Source: Scyliorhinus canicula
Lineage: Eukaryota
Assembly: GCF_902713615.1 (NCBI RefSeq)
Contig: NC_052158.1
Coordinates: 43,115,159-43,179,158, forward strand
Direction: 5' to 3'
Length of the DNA stretch: 64,000 bases
Shown here: one piece after another, positions 1-10,125 of the stretch
Numbering within the stretch: the first letter of the stretch is position 1
Layout: every line of letters begins with the position of its first letter
Made by a program: the position numbers and the translations under genes
The notes under the pieces: generated by a model
Database searches by the model: none
Told to the model about the DNA's origin: nothing
Seen by the model: only the letters and a program-made list of their open reading frames with translations

Positions 1-1546
1 TCTAGAAACTGGAGGGATTTGGTTCAGGGGGAGGGGCACCGCGTCTCACTATATGTGGTTGATTTGCTTTTATATATTACAGACCCGGTGGAGGGGATGG
101 GGGAGGTTATGCAGACCCTCAGGGAGTTTGGAGACTTCTCGGGGTATAAGCTTAACGTTGGGAAGAGTGAGCTCTTTGTGGTGCATGCGCAGGAAAAGAG
201 GTTGGAGAAGCTGCCACTCAAGATGGTGGAGAGGAGTTTTCGATATATGGGTATTCAGGTGGCCAAGAGGTGAGGGGTCTTGCATAAGCTCAATTTGGCG
301 TGGCTGGTGGACCAGATGGAGGAGGACTTCAAGAGGAGGGACATGCTACCGCTCTCCCTACTGGGTAGGGTGCAGTCTGTTAAGATGACGGTCCTCCCTA
401 GGTTTTTGTTTGTATTTCAGTGCCTGCCCATCCTCTTCCCTAAGGCCTTTTTCAAGCGATTGAGCAAGAGTATCATGGGATTTGTGTGGGCCAATAAGAC
501 CCCCAGGGTTAAAAGACTGTTCTTGGAGCCCAGTCGGAGGGGGGGTGTGGGGGGTGTTGATGCTGCCGAATCTGTGTCGCTACTATTGGGCAGCAAACGT
601 GTCAATGATTTGGAAGTGGATGAAGGAGGGAGAGAGAATGGCATGGAAAACACATGTAGGTACTTGTCTTGAGGCACTGGTGACGGCACCGGTGCCACTT
701 CCACTGACGCAGTATACCACGAGCCCAGTGGTGACGGCGATGCTGAAGATTTGGGGGCAATGGAGGCGGCACAGGGGAGAGGCGGGGGCCTCAGTCTGGT
801 CCCCAATATGGAATAACCATAGTTTTGCCCCGAGCAGGATGGATGGTGGGTTCCGAAGCTGGCACCGAGCGGGAATTAGAAGACTGGGGGATCTATTCAT
901 TGACGGGACTTTTGCCAGCTTAAAGGCACTGGAGGAGTGTGGTGGTATGAATAGGAGCACTGCCATTGGTGCAGAGCACTGGTTTCCCATTGGCTCTGGC
1001 TGGTCATGTGCCTCTTGTCTGATTGGCTGGGACTAGTCATGTGACTGCTCACCAATCGGTCGAGAGGCAAGTAGATCCCGCCTCCGAGGCGGGGTATAAG
1101 TACCCAAAGTTCCCGGCGGTCGGCCTTTCACTGTAGTCGACCACCAGGCTGATTAAAGCCTAAGTTTAGACATTCATCGTGTCTCGCATCCAATTGGTGG
1201 TACATCAAGGAGAAATTTGGGTTACGCCCGGGAAATGCCTTCAGGTTCGGACGTTAGTTAGGAAGCAGGTAGGAGAATTTCCGTTGCTGCCTGCCCGAAG
1301 GATACAAGACAGGGTGATTTCGGGTGTGTGGGTCGGAGAAGGTAATATCTCGGAGATATACCAGGAGCTGCAGAAGGCAGAGGAAGCCTCGGTGGAGGAG
1401 TTGAAGGGCAAATAGGAGGAGGAGCTGGGTGAGGAGCTGGATGAGGGCCTGTGGGATGAGGGCCTGTGGGCTGACACCCTGGGCAGGGTCAATTCCTCCT
1501 CATCTTGCGTCAGGCTCAGACTGATCCAGTTTAAAGTGGTGCACAG
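1..1546 (+). mobile_element. L1/Tx1-like LINE ORF2 (end of RT and post-RT region), degenerate, interrupted by a solo LTR at 938-1207
   Basis: Translates to VSLYVVDLLLY (decayed YADD), GYKLNVGKSE, LPLSLLGRVQSVKMTVLPRFLFVFQCLP and LIQFKVVHR, with stops and frameshifts. Confidence 0.9.
938..1207 (+). mobile_element. Solo LTR (270 bp)
   Basis: Termini TGTGGTGG...TACATCA. Exact 5-bp target-site duplication AGGAG at 933-937 and 1208-1212. The L1 reading frame resumes across it (LKALEE|KFGL). Confidence 0.9.
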
Positions 1547-1877
1547 CGCAGCATGGTAGCAATGTGGATAGCGCAATCGCTTCACAGCTCCAGGGTCCCA
1601 GGTTCGATTCCGGCTTGGGTCACTGTCTGTGCGGAGTCTGCACGATCTCCCCGTGTGTACGTGGGTTTGCTCCGGGTGCTCCGGTTTCCTCCCACAGTCC
1701 AAAGATGTGCAGGTTAGGTGGATTGGCCATGATAAATTGCCCTTAGTGCCCATAATTGCCCTCAGTGTTGGCTGGGGTTACTGGTTATGGGGATAGGGTG
1801 GAGGTGTGGGCTTGGGTAGGGTGCACTTTCAAAGAGCCGATGCCGAATGGCCTCCTTCTACACTGTAAATTCTATGA
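1547..1877 (+). mobile_element. HE1-like tRNA-derived SINE (chimeric copy)
   Basis: Head GCAGCATGGTAGC with B-box-like GGTTCGATTCC, core GGGTGCTCCGGTTTCCTCCCACAGTCCAAAGATGTG, tail TGTAAATTCTATGA. Confidence 0.9.
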
Positions 1878-2591
1878 CATCCATAGGAACTGTAATATGG
1901 ACAAAGGCTACTAAATGAATTCAGTGAATTCTCCTGGAGCTACTCTCAGTGTGAGTAGGCGGCAGATACCTCGATGGCTGGGCGGGTCGTAGCTATCATT
2001 GTCCTGGGCACGTAGGCCTTTTCAAATAAGGGGGAGTGGTGCCAGTTAGTCTGCTATCGTTGATGGTCCTTAATGCGAATGCTATTGGGGAAAATGGTGA
2101 TCGATCTTTAATCAGCTGGGAGTTTCTTACCAGGCCTGATTTCTTTGCACAATACACAGAGGCTGCATACCTGTCTGTATTGACCACAATTCCCATAGTC
2201 CTTTGCAGGTGGCCATTTTACATCGCTACATTCCGTCCTTTTGATCCTGAACGCGAAGCTTGGTGGATCACAGTCTTGATCCCGTAGTCTATCTTATCAA
2301 GACGGCCACTGATCAGTCAGTTCAGGTCCTACTCTACTCTGTCCTAGAATTCATTGTACAATTTTACCTAATACCTTATCACATACATTCATTAAATCAA
2401 TTCACTACTAATGACTATTATATGTCTAAATTAAAGTCATATAAATTGATTTAACTTAAATTCATATTAGAACAGTTGGTTGCTAACTAAACTTTCTATG
2501 CAGCACTCATGCTGCTGCTCTTACATAAATAACTTACCTACAATACAAAATCTACAAACCGTAAACAGCAGAACCACATTCTTCCTTCTTC

Positions 2592-3302
2592 TCACATTTC
2601 ATCAGTACAGAGACACAGAGCAGTTATCACAGTTTGTTTGTAAGTTGTACATTCTTCATAAAGCTCTATTGGATTCCAAAGAGGGGGGGCTCGAACTGTG
2701 TATATAGGGGACCGGGAGGCTTTTGCCTTCCATTTACGGAGTTTGAATGTGAGGACTACACTATAGATTACTGCAATCAGGAGGGGGGTCTCTATTTTGT
2801 ATGAGAGTGGGTTCCATTTTGCAATGCCTTCCCACCTGGTGGGGGTTTCGGTTTCTATCTCTAACAGTTGTTGTGTGGTATCCCGACTGGAGGTGGTCTG
2901 TGGGGTGGTGTCGCTCAGGGCAGGCTTAGGTCCTACTCTAATTGTGTGTATTACCAAATTACCTTTGTGCGTGTCCCGGGGCAATTTTGTCCGATTCTTA
3001 CTGTGTTCCCAATTTCAGGGCACCCTTCGTTAGTAAGTTCCTACCAATCTCCTTTCCCAGTTGTGCTAATGTAACATTCTGATGTGGTCCTGTTGAGCTT
3101 TCTGTAAATTGTCCGTTGGTTATTGCACCTGAATATGACGCTTGTGTTCTTACGCACCCATAGGGTGTCACTCTCGCATTCCCCTGTATCTGGGGGACGG
3201 TACCACAGACCACTGGGCTGTGGAAAGTCTTTGGCATCTTGGGCTCAGTGTTCGGTTAGTCCAGCGATTATCCATACGAAGATCAGGGGTGCTGATCTTC
3301 AT
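2592..3302 (-). pseudogene. Decayed ORF for a putative type-I membrane glycoprotein of unknown (possibly retroviral accessory) origin
   Basis: Reconstruction needs 2 frameshifts and 2 stops. It gives a signal-peptide-like MKISTLIFVWIIAGL, a Cys-containing ectodomain with NTS/NRT sequons, a Thr-rich stalk, hydrophobic LLIAVIYSVVLTF and basic KLRKWKAK. Confidence 0.4.
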
Positions 3303-4431
3303 CCTGTGGTGTCTGGTTTCTGTGTAGTCCTAGGGAATCAAGCATAGTATCATGTCAGTATCGTTGGTTAATATCTGTGTGTGTTAGTCTCTCTCTTTTA
3401 GTTCCAATTTCCCTTTCTGATTGTCACCATGTGTGACTCCCCTATTTAAAAAAAAATGTTTTGAGAGGTGCTAATCCAAGTGTCTTAATTCAATTGTTCA
3501 AGTCTCTCACAGCTTGGGTAGTTGATGCAAGGAGTTGGTGGATGCTTTCTTCGACCATTCTCCATCTTTACTAGCAACCATGGGAGGTTGATGCTTTGCT
3601 CAACCAGCCGAATTTCAGGACGGCTAGTTTTACAGAGTTCCGTCCCATAGGCTCAGAAGTAGCAGCAGTGATCAACAACCATCGTGTTTTAAGTGTAAAT
3701 AGCATTTGGAAGTGACCCTAAGAGGTCTGAAAGAATAGTGGAACAAACAAGGGATTAGATTTGGAGCAGAAAGGAAGATTCAAGACCTGCCCAAAGCAGC
3801 AAAGGGTGTAGTAAACCATTCCAGAGAGCATGATGAGAAACATGGGGTGCGTGTGGGCTGCTGCGGGACAAGAATGGATGGGATCCCCAGGCAGTGTGGG
3901 TGTTAGTGCCGTTACTCCACTGCCCGAGCGTGATTGACCGGATAATTTTGGGGCCCACAGGTCGGGTGGGGATCAGTGCCGTGGTTCCCTACCTGGATGA
4001 CCGAGATGAACAGGAAGAATTTGTAGTTGTATTGTAGTGCATTCAACTGCCATTGGTCAGTAGACCGTGTCTGACGGTTCAATCAGAAGATTAGTTATGA
4101 CTGTACAACCGAGTGTCGGTCCGACATAGATTAAAACCATGTTTTATAGGGAAGAGGAGGTTAAAAAGAAGAAGACGGGCAGGCTCCATCAGAAATTAGG
4201 ACACCTTAATTCTTAGTGTCCGTTTCTCATCATCTGGACACCTCAGATATTTGCGTGCAGCAGTTCCGAAAAATTATTTTCCAAAAGGGGCTCATTGCTT
4301 AAATCATCAGCTACTCCTAGTTGCCAGACATGTGTCTGCAGATTCCGGGCGGTAGCCACGTAGGCCCGTGGATGGTCCAACTCGTCATGTCTTACCAACC
4401 TGTAGGAATTGTCACGGTGTCAAAAAGGAGT

Positions 4432-5062
4432 TTTTTTTTTAAAGCGTTGATTCAAAATTTTTCAAAATGTTTACAGAACCCTCCAAAAAGGAAAGTAATA
4501 CAAAGAGAAAAGGCAACATGCCAATCGAACAGAACAACTTAACCCTCTAAACGATAAACAGTTTAACAAATTAACACCCAACTCAAAACAAAATAGGGCA
4601 AGCGCCCCCTTCAGAAAAAAAGGAAAATAATTCAGCCCCCCCCCCCCGGGTTGCTGCTGCTGCTGACCTCCACCTAATGTTCCACGAGAAAGTCAAGGAA
4701 CGGTTGCCACCGCCTGGAGAACCCCTGCAAAGACCCTCGCAAGGCAAAATTTATCTTCTCTAACCAGAGAAACCCCACCATAGCAAGAGCCTTCTCCGGG
4801 CTACAAAGGAGGCAAAGGCCAGAACTCCAGCCTCTTTCGACTCCTGCACTCCCGGATCCTCCGATACCCCAAATATCACTATCCCCCAGCTCGGTTTTAC
4901 CCGAGTGTCCAGGCCCTTGGACATGACCTTTGCAAAACCTTTCCAAAATTCCGTAAGTGCCGGGCATGCCCAGAACATATGGGCGTGGTTTGCTGGGCTC
5001 CCCGAACACCTCACACATCTGTCTTCCACCCCAAAATACTTACTCATCCTCGCCCCTGTAAT
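4432..5062 (-). mobile_element. 3' end of the same L1/Tx1-like LINE (Cys-rich C-terminus, 3' UTR, poly-A), now inverted
   Basis: ITGARMSKYFGVEDRCVRCSGSPANHAHMFWACP directly continues the KVVHR frame that stops at 1546. The T-run at 4431-4440 is the poly-A of the minus strand. Confidence 0.85.
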
Positions 5063-5417
5063 ATAGATCATAGATCATAGAATTTGCAGTGCAGTAGGAG
5101 GCCATTCGGCCCATCGAGACTGCACAGGCTCCTGGAAAGAGCACCCTACCCAAGGTTAACACCTCCATCGTATCCCCATAACCCAGTAACCCCACCCAAC
5201 ACTAAGGGCAATTTTGGACACTAAGGGCAATTTACATGTCCAATCCACCTAACTTGCACATCTTTGGACTGTGGGAGGAAACCGGAGCACCCGGAGGAAA
5301 CCCACGCACACACGGGGAGGATGTGCAGACTCCGCACAGACAGTGACCCAAGCCGGAATCGAACCTGGGACCCTGGAGCTGTGAAGCGATTGCGCTATCC
5401 ACATTGCTACCGTGCTG
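5063..5417 (-). mobile_element. HE1-like SINE, full length
   Basis: Reverse-complemented head, core and (CTATGAT)n-type tail. Confidence 0.9.
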
Positions 5418-5568
5418 TACATGTTTAAATTTGCATGTTTAAATGTAATATAATATGTATCTTATGGATTTTTTTGTGTTTAGTAATGAGAAATGTTTAG
5501 TGTTAAAAGGTTTGGGGCAAGTAAAGCCATCTTTTCATATTGCTGGTTCGGGTTTTTTAAGGAGGAGG

Positions 5569-6230
5569 TGTGATGAATGTGGGAATTTCAGATATATTCT
5601 GTCGCAACATGCCTGTGTACAGTTCTGTATATAATTAGCAATGCGACCTCCGGCCAGTTGGTGGCAATAGGGATCTGTCACATGACTTGAGATAGCCGCC
5701 AGTTGGTAGTAAGACATACAACAGGATACTCACACTGAGAGTAGCTCCAGGAGAATTCACTGAATTCATTTAGTAGCCTTTGTCCGTATTACAGTTCCTA
5801 TGGATGTCATAGAATTTACAGTGTAGAAGGAGGCCATTCGGCATCGGCTCTTTGAAAGTGCACCCTACCCAAGCCCACACCTCCACCCTATCCCCATAAC
5901 CAGTAACCCCAGCCAACACTGAGGGCAATTATGGGCACTAAGGGCAATTTATCATGGCCAATCCACCTAACCTGCACATCTTTGGACTGTGGGAGGAAAC
6001 CGGAGCACCCGGAGCAAACCCACGTACACACGGGGAGATCGTGCAGACTCCGCACAGACAGTGACCCAAGCCGGGAATCGAACCTGGGACCCTGGAGCTG
6101 TGAAGCAATTTTGCTGACCACTCTGCTACCATGCTGCCCTATGTTATCTTTCCACGTATCTGTTAATAGATCATCTTCCTCATTAAACAACTACATGTTC
6201 TGTGTACATCATCACAACGGTTGTATCACA
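5569..6230. mobile_element. Probable solo LTR containing a SINE insertion (5807-6139)
   Basis: Inverted termini TGTGAT...ATCACA. No clear TSD. Confidence 0.4.
5807..6139 (-). mobile_element. HE1-like SINE
   Basis: Full head, core and tail on the minus strand. Confidence 0.9.
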
Positions 6231-6248
6231 GATCACAACATATTCCAT

Positions 6249-7776
6249 TGTAGGTATTTGAAGCAGTAAAGGTTAAACGCCTGGGTTAGTTTGCTGCAGT
6301 CATGTTGTTAAAAATCCTGGTTTGAAGACAACTAAGATTTTGGGAGCCAGAGGTACATCATAGAAAGTTTGGGTTAATGGAATGCTGTTTGGATTAAGGA
6401 GATTCCCTCTGGTGTTTTTAGATTTTAGTTTGGTAAATGATGTAATTACTGGGAGAAGCCAAAGTACCAAGCATTGGTTAGAAAAGCAGTGTTACTTGAG
6501 TGTTGGTTGGAGACGTGAGCAGAAGTCAAGCATCTCAGTTCAGTTAAAGATATGCCTACAACTAGATTGGGTTAGGTACGTTTTGGCGCAGCCATTTGGG
6601 CGCGGCCGTTTTGGCGCCAACCGTTTTGGCGCCGGCTGTTTTGCCGCCGGACGTTTTGGCGTCAACATGAGGGAGGTGTGTTCATCAAATTTAGTAGTCG
6701 CACAAACTTTGTTACATTTTGTTTAAAAACCAGTGTTCTTACTCATACATGATATGTATTTAAGGGCTTGCTGGTTTTGACTGGATCATCAAGAATTGTA
6801 AACGCTATCAGAAAACTATTGTATTTGTTGTTGAAACATTCAATTTACTATTTTGAACTGTCAGTTGTGTCAATTTCAGCGGCCGGCTCACTTTGATCCG
6901 GAGAGGGAAGCTGCTCTCTCAGTGAAGCAATCAGCCGGCCGCTGAAATTGACACTGCCGGCTGCTCTCCCTCCAATCCAACTTTTAAGTTTTAATGTTTC
7001 TGATTGGAGGGAGAGAGCAGTGGACAGTGTCAATTTCAGCGGCCGGCTGATTGTTTCAGTGAGAGAGCAGCTTCCCTCTCCGGATCAAAGTGAGCCGGCC
7101 GCTGAAATTGACACAACTGACAGTTCAAAATAGTAAATTGAATGTTTCAACAACAAATACAATAGTTTTCTGAATACAAGAATTTCTGTCGTCTGCGCCC
7201 AAACGGCCGCGCCAATTTGGCTGCGCCCAATTGTCCCATCCCCACTAGATTAGCAGTTCCTTTACAAGCAGTTCAAAAGAGTGTGATTAGGTGAGCTGAA
7301 ACCAGCTGAAACAGCTTCCGAAGAACTACAGCCAGAGTTTCTGCACGATTCTGGCACGATTCAGATCCTTTCGTTAAAAGTGTCAAAAGATCTTTTTCCA
7401 AGTAGTGCATCCAGACTTCTCTGTCAGGCAGATATTCCTGAGGACTAACTGTATTTTAACAGTGAATTGATAGCTGAGATGTTTATTTTTGTTGTTTGAA
7501 TGGGAATAAAGATAGCTGTTTAGAGTGTTGCATTCACTGCATTGAGTCACATTGTTTAAGGAGTAATTGTAAGCTGTTTTCTGGTGTGATGTTAAAGTTA
7601 TTTTAATACTGTGTTGGTAGTAATATTTGTTTTAATATACCATATCCCTATTTCTTTGTGTAATCACTCCTGGAGTGAGGTATCCTTTCCTCACAGTCTT
7701 ACAAAATTAAAATAAAATATTGGGTTTTTTGTCTAATATCCGAGCCACTGTTGGGGTCTGATCAAGGATCTCAATA
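6249..7776 (+). mobile_element. Long solo LTR-like sequence interrupted by a MITE
   Basis: Begins TGTAGG. AT-rich LTR-like body with AATAAA. Ends GGGGTCTGATCAAGGATCTCAATA, a degenerate ..ACA-type end. No internal coding sequence. Confidence 0.5.
6569..7243. mobile_element. Non-autonomous DNA transposon (MITE) with an 8-bp TSD, subterminal TTGGCGC repeats and an internal 366-bp palindrome
   Basis: TSD ACTAGATT at 6561-6568 and 7244-7251. Imperfect terminal inverted repeats. Palindrome at 6808-7173. Confidence 0.8.
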
Positions 7777-8180
7777 ATATATATATATTCTACCATGCCT
7801 TGACTGTGACAAGGGTCTCTGTAACCTCCTGGATGTTGCATGGATGGTGAATCACAAGGTGTTGGCGGTATCACCCGTATCATTCTGTAAGGATCTGTAG
7901 GCCCCAAAACTCAGTTGCAGTAACCTTAGCAACCAGTTGACAGCTTGTGGTGAATGAGATTCACACGGTATTATAAGTTACCAATGTCACTCTGTTCCAA
8001 GGGAGTAGCTCTGGGAGTACTCGAGAGTTTGTACTGGGCTCCCCCCTTGGCTCCGCCCAGAACTCCTCCCCCTGGAGCTGCTGTATAAAGATCCGTGTCA
8101 CAGAGTCAACCAGCCAATTCACCGAAAGTTCAACGGCTAACAGGCTGGCTCTGTTGTAAGTATATTAAAACCGCTATTCT

Positions 8181-8409
8181 TTTTTAAAAAATTTAGATTA
8201 CCCAATAATTTTTTTTCCAATTAAGGGGCAATTTAGCGTGGCCAATTCACCTACTCTGCACATTTTTTTGGGTTGTGGGGGCGAAACCCACGCAGACACG
8301 GGGAGAATGTGCAAACTCCACACGGACAGTGACCCAGAGCCGGGATTCGAACCTGTGACCTCAGCGCCATGAGGCAGCTGTGCTAACCACTAGGCCAGCG
8401 TGCTGCCCT
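8181..8409 (-). mobile_element. HE1-related SINE inserted in the Gypsy LTR
   Basis: 15-bp TSD TAAAACC(G/A)CTATTCT at 8166-8180 and 8410-8424. Confidence 0.9.
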
Positions 8410-8499
8410 TAAAACCACTATTCTAATCCTACAAGCACGTGTCCGTAGAATCGATGGTTCCATCAATTTAATATACTTACGAAACAGTCGAAGTAAATC

Positions 8500-9750
8500 A
8501 TGGAAGCATCCCTCAAGCCCGGACGCCTAGAACTCGACCTGCAGGATGCAGAGGCTAAATAAATTTTTTCCCACTGGCTGAGATGTTTTAAGGCCTACCT
8601 GGCAGAAGCCAGCACCGCTGGAACAACGGAGGAACAAAAACTCAGCCTACTGCACACGCGGGTAAGCCACAGAATATCCACACAGCTAAATCCGGCCGGT
8701 TCTTACACCGCAGCGCTGGCAATATTGGACAAAATGTACGTTAGGCCCATTAACGAGGTTTATGCACGCCAAGTGTTTACGACTCTCTGTCAGCGGCCTA
8801 CAGAAACGCTAGCCGAATTTGTACGGGAACTGAATAATCTTTCTACTGACTGTAATTATCAAGCCGTTATCGCAGCTGAAAATAGGGAGCTTGCTGTGCG
8901 GGACGTTTTCGTAGCGGGCCTTAGATCTAACTATGTGCGCCAAAGACTGCTAGAAAAGGGGGGCCAGGACTTAGATACTATTGTGGAGGCTGCTATCACT
9001 ATGGAAGTCTCCTTCCGCAGCCTCACCTCATTTCCTGCGGATCTCGCGACCTCATAGTGGACCCCCGACCAACAATCCCCCCCAGGCCTCTGCCGCACGG
9101 CCCCCCAGCTACCGCGCTGCCAAAGCCAGTTACTCTGCTGCCCCAGCCAGTTACTCTGCTGCCCCAGCCAGTTACTCTGCTGCCCCAGCCAGCTACTCTG
9201 CTGCCCCAGTCTGCCATTTCTGTGGCCAAAGCCAGCACCCGCGACAGCACTGCCCAGCCCGATCCGCGACCTGCAGCAGCTGCGGGAAGAAAGGCCACTA
9301 TGCCAGAGTGTGCCATGCGAAAAGGGCCCCAGTTTCTAACTCCCCAGTAGAGAGAACAAATCGCTCCCAACACCAGCGGGCCCGCGGGACCCGAAACGCT
9401 GCGGCCTATGCCCGACTCCGCCCCCCTCCCGCCACGTGCGATCCATGGGGGCCGCCATCTTGGCAAACCCCCACCATGCGGCCGGCCATGTGCGACTCAT
9501 GGGGGCTGCCATCTTGGACGCCATCTTCCTCGCCGCTCACCACGTGCGATCCACGGGCCCCATCTGCATCTCCATGCTCAGAAAGGTCATCTGAAGACTA
9601 CGACTTCCCCGGGCACTCATCAAGCAGCCCACAACTCAGCGCAGCGATCCTGCATCAAGCTCGCCAGAACGTACCGGCATCTACTCGAACGGACGCCCAC
9701 TCGGAAGACTACGACTTTCCCGGGCACTCATCACGCAGCCCGCAACTCAA
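8500..9750 (+). pseudogene. Gypsy gag (in-frame stops), with a 21-bp repeat encoding SYSAAPA
   Basis: ATG at 8500 (MEASLKPGRLELD...). TAA and TAG interrupt the frame. Two CCHC knuckles. Confidence 0.85.
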
Positions 9751-9797
9751 CTAAATTTAAACTTTATGTCCTGCCTAACCTCTACGCGCCACTCTTA

Positions 9798-10125
9798 GGG
9801 GCCTCACGGTAGCATGGTGGTTAGCATCAATGCTTCACAGCTCCAGGGTCCCAGGTTCGATTCCTGGCTGGGTCACTGTCTGTGTGGAGTCTGCACGTCC
9901 TCCCCGTGTGTGCGTGGGTTTCCTCCGGGTGCTCCGGTTTCCTCCCACAGTCCAAAGATGTGCGGGTTAGGTGGATTGGCCATGCTAAATTGCCCGTAGT
10001 GTAAGGTTAATGGGGGGATTGTTGGGTTATGGGTATACGGGTTACGTGGGTTTAAGTAGGGTGATCATTGCTCGGCACAACATCGAGGGCCGAAGGGCCT
10101 GTTCTGTGCTGTACTGTTCTATTCT
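9798..10125 (+). mobile_element. HE1-like SINE at the gag/pol junction
   Basis: Head GGGGCCTCACGGTAGCATGG, core, and tail GTTCTGTGCTGTACTGTTCTATTCT. Confidence 0.9.

Noticed and set aside
1547-1640. tRNA genes suggested by A/B-box-like motifs (GGTTCGATTCC)
   Set aside because: These are tRNA-derived SINE heads continuing into SINE core and tail, not cloverleaf tRNA genes.
7925-7936. RFX-type motif CCTTAGCAACCA
   Set aside because: It lies inside a Gypsy LTR with no X2 or Y context, 31 kb from the gene and beyond an assembly gap.
9128-9210. The gag 21-bp repeat (reverse complement GGGGCAGCAGAGTAACTGGCT) as the source of the 11.4-13.8 kb satellite
   Set aside because: It matches only about 14/21, whereas the SINE head matches the satellite unit almost exactly.
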